Part shown: piece after piece, positions 48,275 through 55,614 of the stretch
Position numbering within the stretch: the stretch's first letter is position 1
Layout: every line of letters begins with the position of its first letter
Assembly (NCBI GenBank): GCA_000146465.1
Contig: CP001947.1
Length of the DNA: 64,000 nt
Direction: 5' to 3' (one strand)
Program-made: the position numbers and the translations under genes
Notes under the pieces: model-generated
Told to the model about the DNA's origin: nothing
Database searches by the model: none
Seen by the model: the letters and a program-made list of their open reading frames with translations, nothing else

Positions 48275-49579
48275 TTATTTACTACTCTTCTTTCTCCTGC
48301 TTATTCTTCTCCCCTTCGAATGCTTTCCTCCGCAGTATTTCTCTTTCTTGTCTCTCCCTCCCTTCATCGATTCCACTCTCTCCTCCTTGCTTGCCTTCCG
48401 CCGGATAAACTCAAGATTCCTCCCGCAATACTTCCTGTGTCTCATCACATTGACAACAGACATGTATCCATAAGATATGCTCTTGCTCTTCGATCCCTTG
48501 AAACATTCTATATACTTTGAAATCCTTTCTTTCATCCTATCAACCACTCCGTCTTCTTTTTTTTCGTTCCGCTCTCCGTCCTCGCTGATGGAAAGGGACT
48601 GTGTCTCCGAGTCTTCTTTTCCGCCCCCTTCGTCTCTCAGTCTTGCTGCTTCTGGATCAAACTTGCAATATATCTCCCTCAGCATGTTCAATCCATACAC
48701 TACAAAGTCGTCGTCCTTGAACTCAGAGCACAGCGAGTTTCCTACAACATCGATCACTCGAAGAACATCTTGCACAGTCACCTCCTCCACAATGATCTCC
48801 ATCAAGTCCTTGATATCGCTTTTTTCGGGGTTTAGCATTCCCATTGCTACACGTGCAACTGAGGCTTTCAGCCCATATCTGCTCCGGAACAAAACATAGA
48901 TCTTCATTTTCATGATCTTCTCTTCTCTCTCCATCATATTTTCCTGAAGATTTGCAAATAGCATCTTTCCAAATCTTGACGCCTCCGCACTAAGTAACTC
49001 CATGGCCTTCTTTCCCTCCTCTTCAAAGTCTATCTGGTCCAGAAAGTACATTCTGCAGATCTTTCCCACTTTTCCATCTGCAAAGAGCCCTTCACACACT
49101 TCCTTCTCGAGAACACCACACCCCTTTCTAAACAGATATACAACCAGATAGTAGCAGAAGCTCCTTTGCTTGTCTGTTCCCTTTTTGTAGTACTCTAAAA
49201 TACATGGAACCTCCTCTTCCGAGACAAGACTCCTTATCCTCTTCAGAACCGACTTGGGGTCTGGATGGTGCTCCATGAGGTTCTTGAGGAGCTGCTCCCC
49301 GCTTACTAGTCCTCTTCTCCGAAGCCTAAAGAGACTCTCAACAACAGTTCGCTTTATTTTGTGGCACTTGATGGTCTCCACACTTGAAACAAGAGTCTCC
49401 GAAAGCCTTTTGTCGATTGTAGGGAAAGCAAGAAGAAATGAAAGAGTCTGCCGGATAGTCTTCCCCGGTTGCTTTGGGAGCCTCACAAGAGAGCTAAACA
49501 GCTCGAGCTGTCTTCCATACTCCTCCACATAGTTCTCTGGGCATTTTTCCAGCCCAACCATCACTTGGTAGATATCCAT
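48275..49579 (-). CDS. SDA1: 60S pre-ribosome export/maturation factor SDA1
   Basis: The N-terminus LEKCPENYVEEYGRQLELFSSLVRL parallels Sda1 L.krDPe.Y.eEF..Qy.hy.sl. A helical-repeat body is followed by a very basic C-terminal tail. Confidence 0.55.
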   Translation of the reverse strand: MDIYQVMVGLEKCPENYVEEYGRQLELFSSLVRLPKQPGKTIRQTLSFLLAFPTIDKRLSETLVSSVETIKCHKIKRTVVESLFRLRRRGLVSGEQLLKNLMEHHPDPKSVLKRIRSLVSEEEVPCILEYYKKGTDKQRSFCYYLVVYLFRKGCGVLEKEVCEGLFADGKVGKICRMYFLDQIDFEEEGKKAMELLSAEASRFGKMLFANLQENMMEREEKIMKMKIYVLFRSRYGLKASVARVAMGMLNPEKSDIKDLMEIIVEEVTVQDVLRVIDVVGNSLCSEFKDDDFVVYGLNMLREIYCKFDPEAARLRDEGGGKEDSETQSLSISEDGERNEKKEDGVVDRMKERISKYIECFKGSKSKSISYGYMSVVNVMRHRKYCGRNLEFIRRKASKEERVESMKGGRDKKEKYCGGKHSKGRRISRRKKSSK

Positions 49580-49720
49580 ATTATCGGGTCAAAAATTTTA
49601 GTCTTAAGTTGGCATACCTCGGACTTCGATCTTTGGCCTAACGTCGCCTCCTCGGCCTCTTACTTCCTTCCTTCCTGAAACATCAATAAAACCTTGTCTA
49701 AACATTGGAGGCAACAGCAG

Positions 49721-50995
49721 ATGCCTCTGGTCGATTTCATTGCAACCTTCTATAAAAAGAACAACATCCTTTACGATACCTTTGTAGGTGCATGGCTTGA
49801 GCTCAAGGAATGCAAAAACATAGAGAGAAACCTTGCACGTCTTCTCAAATGCCTCAGACATGAACAGACGAGCCAGGCAAGCTACAGATGTCTTGAATAT
49901 TTTGTGGAAAATGAAATGGCCGATTTCATATACAGATTGAGAGACATCGAAGAAAACCAGGCTGCCATGGATTTTCTTACTGACCTTATTTCCATTCTTC
50001 CTGCCAAATATTTCCCAAGATTCAACAACTTCCTTGATATGGTGTTCGCATCTGAACACACCGACGGTCTGGCACTGGCTCTAGCATATTCAGAAAGAAC
50101 CATTGTTCTTGGCTGCAGGATAAGAACATCTCTCGTAAACTACTCCTTGAGGTTCTTTTTTGATCCAGGTCTACATGGGGACTATTCCAGAGCATGCATT
50201 GTATATCTCATATGCTCTAAAAGAGCTCTTGACCATCTCAGGTCCATGGAATTCATCCAAGCCGTCATAAGAAGGACAAATAGAATATACCTCGACTTGG
50301 AAAAAACCATGCCACTTTATCTGTCTCTTCTGAACTTCATTTCATATTATGCAAGAAAGGAAATCGATCTGTATAAAGAAGAAATTGACGCCGCTCTCGG
50401 TAGCCAAGAAGGAACTTTAGATCCAAAGAAGATAAGGACTCATCCAACAACAAGTCCTCTACTCCCCCCAAGAAGCAACCAATCCTCCGCAGAGCTATGT
50501 TCTGCCCTTCATCTCCTCGAGTTCCCCCACATGCATCCCGTCTCCATATACATAGAAATCCTGGAGAGTACTGGGTCGTCCAATATAAGGGCATCGCTCA
50601 TCGAATCTATCCTAGCAGACATAGATTCTGTAGATGACCCAGGGAAATTCATAAGATTCTGTGCGGAGAACCACCCAGGTCTCTTGGCCCCTTATCTCAT
50701 TAGAAACGGCGGAGAAGACTGGTCTCCCATTGTTGTGCTCAGGAGAGTTATGGAAATGAAAAGAGAGAGGTCCTGCATCACAATCCCCTACGTATGCCAT
50801 GTCAATCGCCACAAATCCTCCATAATCGATTTCCTTGTTGAAAAAAACATTTGCGACGACCTGGTGTTCTTGTTCATCTGGGTTGTATCTAAGGAAACAT
50901 TCCTTTCTCATTTCGGAAGGATCCAAGAGATGTTCAAAGCCCACAAGACATTCTGGGCCAATCTATGGAACCTGATCCTCTCCCTCCCTGCCTAA
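49721..50995 (+). CDS. hypothetical helical-repeat protein (424 aa)
   Basis: ORF from the first ATG (track start 49694 is TTG). No domain recognised. Confidence 0.5.
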   Translation: MPLVDFIATFYKKNNILYDTFVGAWLELKECKNIERNLARLLKCLRHEQTSQASYRCLEYFVENEMADFIYRLRDIEENQAAMDFLTDLISILPAKYFPRFNNFLDMVFASEHTDGLALALAYSERTIVLGCRIRTSLVNYSLRFFFDPGLHGDYSRACIVYLICSKRALDHLRSMEFIQAVIRRTNRIYLDLEKTMPLYLSLLNFISYYARKEIDLYKEEIDAALGSQEGTLDPKKIRTHPTTSPLLPPRSNQSSAELCSALHLLEFPHMHPVSIYIEILESTGSSNIRASLIESILADIDSVDDPGKFIRFCAENHPGLLAPYLIRNGGEDWSPIVVLRRVMEMKRERSCITIPYVCHVNRHKSSIIDFLVEKNICDDLVFLFIWVVSKETFLSHFGRIQEMFKAHKTFWANLWNLILSLPA

Positions 50996-51024
50996 CTTAT
51001 TCTTATGTAAGCCGATGACCCCAT

Positions 51025-51768
51025 ATGAAGGACAGCACTGATTTTACTGAGACGGAAGCATATTCAAAGATATACAACTTCATTCTGATGGTCGACGACT
51101 CAATCAAAAACTCGGAACAGAGACGAAGCGAGCATCATATGTCCATTCTTGCAAACATCTTCGAGATTGTAGACAGCACAGAGAAGGATCCGTCTCCACA
51201 GAGGTATGCAAACATGGCTGCCAAAACCGTATTCCAAAGAATATGCGGTGCATATGACGACGAACATCTCAAAAACTCATTTGGAAACCAGATAAGATTG
51301 GACTATGGCACCGGCCATGAGCTGAACTTCCTGTGCTACCTCTACACTCACCATTGTAGAGGAGACATCAGCCTCGACTGTGTATTTACCACCCTTGTAA
51401 GATACTTCGAGGTTGTCAGGCTCTTTGTATCAAAATTCAATCTGGAGCCGGCCGGAAGTCATGGAATATGGGGTCTGGACGACTATCAATTTCTGCCCTT
51501 CCTCTTTGGGTCTTCTGAGCTCTGCAACACAAGGCTCAGATTCGACGAGCTCAACGACTCCATGTGCTACTTTGTTGCAGTCAAGAAGAAGTTGGGAGGC
51601 ACCTCTCAAATCCTCAACAGCATCATGGATAAGGACTGGCCAAAAGTCAACAGGGGAATGATTAGGATGTACGATGACCATGTGCTCAGAAGAAGCGTTG
51701 TGACACAGCACTTCATCTATGGAGAATACCTCAAGAAGGACAGAAGTCTAGCCACTAAAGAACTCTGA
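51025..51768 (+). CDS. RRD2: PP2A phosphatase activator PTPA (RRD1/RRD2 family)
   Basis: DYGTGHELNFLCYLY and PAGSHGIWGLDDYQFLPFLFGSSEL are the PTPA signature blocks. Confidence 0.9.
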   Translation: MKDSTDFTETEAYSKIYNFILMVDDSIKNSEQRRSEHHMSILANIFEIVDSTEKDPSPQRYANMAAKTVFQRICGAYDDEHLKNSFGNQIRLDYGTGHELNFLCYLYTHHCRGDISLDCVFTTLVRYFEVVRLFVSKFNLEPAGSHGIWGLDDYQFLPFLFGSSELCNTRLRFDELNDSMCYFVAVKKKLGGTSQILNSIMDKDWPKVNRGMIRMYDDHVLRRSVVTQHFIYGEYLKKDRSLATKEL

Positions 51769-51805
51769 AACTCACATAGTAACCAAACCACTTTAATTAA
51801 AGTCA

Positions 51806-52786
51806 TCAGAAGTCGACATCTATCCTGAACGAATCATTTCCATTATCTATCCCCACAAATGCCTTCTGGTACTGTGACTCTCTCTTGTCGAAGAAGTTTG
51901 TCTTTCCAACCAAAGAGATGTTCTCCATAAAATCAAACGGGTTGGGAGTATGGTATATCTTCTCCTCCTCAAGATTCTCTAGGAGAGTATCGGCTACAAA
52001 CTCTATATATTTGCACATCAACTGGCAGTTCATCCCTATAAGATCCACTGGAAGACTTTCACTCAGAAACCTCTTTTCAACTTCGACTGCATCCATCACC
52101 ACCTCCTTTACTCGCTTGCACTTCTGTTTCAGGTAACGTCTATGCAAAAGGCATGCAAACTCACAGTGCAGACCCTCGTCCCTGCTTATCAGCTCGTTCG
52201 AAAACGTTAGTCCAGGCATCAGCCCTCTCTTCTTCAGCCAGAATATAGATGCAAATGACCCAGAAAAGAATATACCCTCCACACAGGCAAACGCCACAAG
52301 CCTTGTTGCAAAGTCAGAATTCTTATCCTCAATCCATTTTATTGCCCAATCGGCCTTGTCTTTCACAGAGGGGATAGTTTTGACTGCATTAAAAAGGAAC
52401 TTCTTCTGTTCTCCGTCCCTTACATACGTGTCAATCAGCAGGCTGTACATCTCACTGTGGATGTTCTCAATTGCAATCTGGAACCCATAGAATAGCTTTG
52501 CTTCAAGCATCTTGACCTCGCTGGAGAACCGCTCCACCAGATTCAGATTGACAATTCCATCAGACGCCGCAAAGAATGCAAGAACATTGGAGATAAAGTG
52601 CTTCTCCTTTGGATTTAACTTCTTCCAATCTTCAATGTCTTTGTCGAGGAGAACCTCTTCCACAGTCCAGAACGAGCTTTCAGCCTTCTTGTACATCCTC
52701 CATACATCTTCGTGTTGTATGGGAAAGAGTACAAACCTCTCTTCTTTAGGATCCAATAGTGGCTCAATTTTTTCTTCGCAACTCAT
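51806..52786 (-). CDS. RNR2: ribonucleotide reductase small (R2) subunit
   Basis: 326 aa with R2 iron/tyrosyl-radical motifs: [48 protein letters not shown] and [10 protein letters not shown]. Confidence 0.95.
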   Translation of the reverse strand: MSCEEKIEPLLDPKEERFVLFPIQHEDVWRMYKKAESSFWTVEEVLLDKDIEDWKKLNPKEKHFISNVLAFFAASDGIVNLNLVERFSSEVKMLEAKLFYGFQIAIENIHSEMYSLLIDTYVRDGEQKKFLFNAVKTIPSVKDKADWAIKWIEDKNSDFATRLVAFACVEGIFFSGSFASIFWLKKRGLMPGLTFSNELISRDEGLHCEFACLLHRRYLKQKCKRVKEVVMDAVEVEKRFLSESLPVDLIGMNCQLMCKYIEFVADTLLENLEEEKIYHTPNPFDFMENISLVGKTNFFDKRESQYQKAFVGIDNGNDSFRIDVDF

Positions 52787-53064
52787 AAGCTATTTGACAG
52801 AATCTGCTTATATACTTTTTTTTGGAGGGAATATCTCCCTCAAAATAATAATCATCTAAATTCAATTTTACAATCCTTGCTCGATCTAATTTCGTCGATC
52901 CCCTCTTGGCATTTGGCTTCACCCACCTAAGCCATGGCGGGAGAGCGGCCCCAGAACCTAAGCTAGGAATGACTATTTATTGTAAATAATGTTCCCTATA
53001 AAAGGAACACTGGTATTATTTATATTTACTGCACCCTATATATTATAACTATTATTGAATGTTT

Positions 53065-53717
53065 TTACTCAAGATCAATAAATTCCTTTCTCATGAATGG
53101 TAATATACGTTTTCTCGCATTTGCAAACCAATTATCTATTTGAGACAATTTTAGTCCTGTTTCTTTAGAAAGTATTTTTTTTCTATTTTAGTTGGATAAG
53201 GATTAGAAAGATGCTCCTTTAGCCATCTTCTTAGCATTTTGGACACTTCTCTTGGAAAATTAGCTCTCCTAGAATGAGGACTACTTCCGAGCCAACCATT
53301 AGTTGATGAATTATTTCTTATATAACTCTCATACCTGTATAAATCCCTCTCGTTCATTACATTCATCATATCTATGATGTTGTCCATTTTTCTTTGGAGT
53401 TTGGTGCATTCTGAATCAAATATAGAAACAAGATTTTTTTCAAATAGTAATGCATACTTAAATTTCTCAGCAATTAGAAACAAAGCTAGCTTGTGTGATA
53501 AGTTATTCGGAAAAAAATGTGTATTGGAGCATGTTTCGTAATTTTTCCGAATTTTTAATAGGACTTCCTTCAAATGATGTTCATTTATCATTCCTTGAAA
53601 ATATTGTTCTTTTGCGATTAATATTTGGCCAATATGCTCCACCATATCTAGAAAACTATCGGCATTTAAAACAAAAATTGATAAACTCGTAATTAACGTT
53701 ATAAAAATAATATCCAT
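53065..53717 (-). CDS. TALE-class homeobox protein with its frame broken by a 1-nt shift in an A8 run (frame A 53717..53175, then -1 frame 53175..53065)
   Basis: Track ORF 53151..53717 ends ...[39 protein letters not shown], which covers helices 1-2 with the TALE 3-aa loop. The -1 frame continues [36 protein letters not shown], which covers helix 3. The join is at the minus-strand A8 run, 53182..53175. Confidence 0.8.
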
Positions 53718-53797
53718 ATCACTTCAGAAGACTATTATAACTTGTCAAACTCATCAAGACAAGATAAAGTATAAAATAAAAAGATATTTTACAAAAT

Positions 53798-55276
53798 ATG
53801 AATTTAGGATGGCTACTGAAGATTCCAATGCGAAAACATTCAAACAGGAAAATAATTGTATATGAAAATAGCATGGCTTCGTTTTACTCTAGGACGTTTG
53901 AAATAATTGAAGAGCATATTTCTACCATATCCAATAATGAACATCATAGAGATGGATTAGTAGAGTATATAGAAATGTTATCATATTTTCAAATCTCTAA
54001 TGAAGATCATGAGAAAAAAGAAGAAATTAATAGACAAAGGCAAAGCTTACTTAAGAAATTTAGATCCCTAACCTTAATTAGTATTTCAAAAGTAGAAAAA
54101 GACAATAGGAAAATATTGAAATCTTATCATGGAGTATTACATCTTTTAGATTTGATTGGTTTTGGTGTAAATCCTTATGAAATGGTTTTAAAAAAATGGT
54201 TAAACACCAATTGTATGATAATTAGTGATGTAGAAAGACATGCCATAAGAGGAAATTTCGAAAAAGTGATCGAAGCATATCCCTATTTAAACGAGGCTAT
54301 TAATAATTATTTAAACTTAAGGAAGACGTCAGGAAATGAATACAGGAAATTATTTGCGTCTTGGAAGATCAAATATTTTAAAATTATTCCCAATAATTTA
54401 AAGGAAATTCTTTTTCATAATATTAACGGGGATGGTATTGACTGGATTGATCATATTTGCTATAAATCGTTTTGTATGAACACACAAAGGAATGGGATCG
54501 ATCTTATAAATAGGGAAGATGAAATCGGAATGATATTAACACATAATTATGATGCACTAATAGAACGTTCTAAAGGATGGATTAGACTAGTATTATTGTT
54601 CGTTTGCCCTCATACAAAATTTGATTTATTTCCAAGAGCATTTGAATCTATCGGGAAATTCCTATATTTATCAGATTATCGCTTATCTTTGAGATTTTTT
54701 TCGTACACAGAGAAACTAATCTTATACTTTAATCACTTTTCCTGTAAGTTTTCTAAAAGTCTTTCGGATTTAGAATTCTTGGTTGAGTATTCCAAAAAAA
54801 ATAATATTAATGGAAATTCTTTGTTAAAAGAGTACTGCCAAAATCTTCTTTCTAATCAAGAGTATTATAATCTTTTTTATGTTATATCTAAATATGAGCT
54901 CTGCGATATAAACATAAATTCCGAGTTTATAGAATTCTGTATTAGAAATACAACAATACTAACTGAAAACTTCACTAAAACATCGTATGGAATTTTTATT
55001 GGAAACTTTAGGAGATTTCTTAGTGGAATAAAAGTTGGTGAAGGTGAAATTATAGCATTGATAAATTCAGATTATTTTTCAGCTCTAGATAGTAGAACAT
55101 TTGAAATAATACTAGAGAACAGATGCATTACTGTGAACATGCTTTATAAGCTTTTAGAAGGAATGTTAAATGTGGAAAGAAAAGGGAAGTCTAATCCCAT
55201 ATTGAAAAGCAAAAAAGCTTTAGTTCTCAATAAGTTAGCGGAATCTACAGGTCTCGGGAAGGACATATCAATTTAA
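53798..55276 (+). CDS. hypothetical protein (492 aa) encoded in the AT-rich island
   Basis: An uninterrupted 1.5-kb ATG ORF in about 30% GC DNA is very unlikely by chance, because stop codons are AT-rich. N/I/K/L-rich. No domain recognised and no homeodomain. Confidence 0.6.
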   Translation: MNLGWLLKIPMRKHSNRKIIVYENSMASFYSRTFEIIEEHISTISNNEHHRDGLVEYIEMLSYFQISNEDHEKKEEINRQRQSLLKKFRSLTLISISKVEKDNRKILKSYHGVLHLLDLIGFGVNPYEMVLKKWLNTNCMIISDVERHAIRGNFEKVIEAYPYLNEAINNYLNLRKTSGNEYRKLFASWKIKYFKIIPNNLKEILFHNINGDGIDWIDHICYKSFCMNTQRNGIDLINREDEIGMILTHNYDALIERSKGWIRLVLLFVCPHTKFDLFPRAFESIGKFLYLSDYRLSLRFFSYTEKLILYFNHFSCKFSKSLSDLEFLVEYSKKNNINGNSLLKEYCQNLLSNQEYYNLFYVISKYELCDININSEFIEFCIRNTTILTENFTKTSYGIFIGNFRRFLSGIKVGEGEIIALINSDYFSALDSRTFEIILENRCITVNMLYKLLEGMLNVERKGKSNPILKSKKALVLNKLAESTGLGKDISI

Positions 55277-55614
55277 ACTATTAAACTGGTAGTATCAATT
55301 TAAATTACAAATACTTTGGAAATATCTCCTTCTGTTTATTAACTTTTCAAGGGATTGCCGTTTTTTAAAACAAACATATAAGAGTGATGATACATAACTT
55401 CTTTTTGTATTCTTAAGTAAATTCATGTAAAATTTTAGAATAAAATGTCCGAAGATATTTGAGTTCCTATAGCAATAGCAGAAACACACCCTATCTCAAT
55501 TCATTATACTTCCTGGGAATCCATACTTTAAAGATTTAAAGTAAAACTAAAAAGGAAGGGGGTGTTTATTTCAATAGATTAAAATCGAAATATTGTATTT
55601 TTAAACTAAGAGAT

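Larger units (their letters stand above)
52973..55614. other. AT-rich compositional island containing two divergent genes
   Basis: Hand counts of 60-nt samples inside the island give 25-33% GC (53401, 53801, 54301). The flanking genes give 43-45% (52201, 55801). The edges are sharp, at the end of the GC-rich patch near 52972 and at the insulinase stop at 55615. Confidence 0.7.

Noticed and set aside
52870-52972. 5S rRNA-like fragments (CGATCT..CGTCGATC, CCTAAGC, ATGGCGGGAGAGCGGCCCCAGAAC) with complementary ends
   Set aside because: The motifs are not collinear with the 5S helices II-V. The helix II/loop B region is missing and the length is only about 103 nt. It cannot be called 5S.
53798-55276. 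The 492-aa divergent neighbour of the TALE gene as the HD2-type partner of a two-homeodomain MAT locus
   Set aside because: No WF.N.R or other homeodomain helix-3 signature occurs anywhere in the ORF. The only typical homeobox gene in the window is 28 kb away, at 24617..24955.
55384-55390. Second GUGAUGA C-box-like motif in the AT-rich tail of the island
   Set aside because: No CUGA D box lies within 120 nt downstream, no terminal stem can form, and there is no recognisable rRNA complementarity.
55295-55489. 64-aa minus-strand ORF in the 338-bp convergent spacer
   Set aside because: Short, cysteine/asparagine-biased translation of AT-rich DNA with no motif. There is not enough evidence to call it a gene.
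52973-55614. AT-rich island as a transposon or recent horizontal insertion
   Set aside because: There are no terminal or inverted repeats, target-site duplication, or integrase, transposase or reverse-transcriptase remnants. One of the two genes is a typical eukaryotic TALE homeobox gene. Foreign origin cannot be excluded without a database search.
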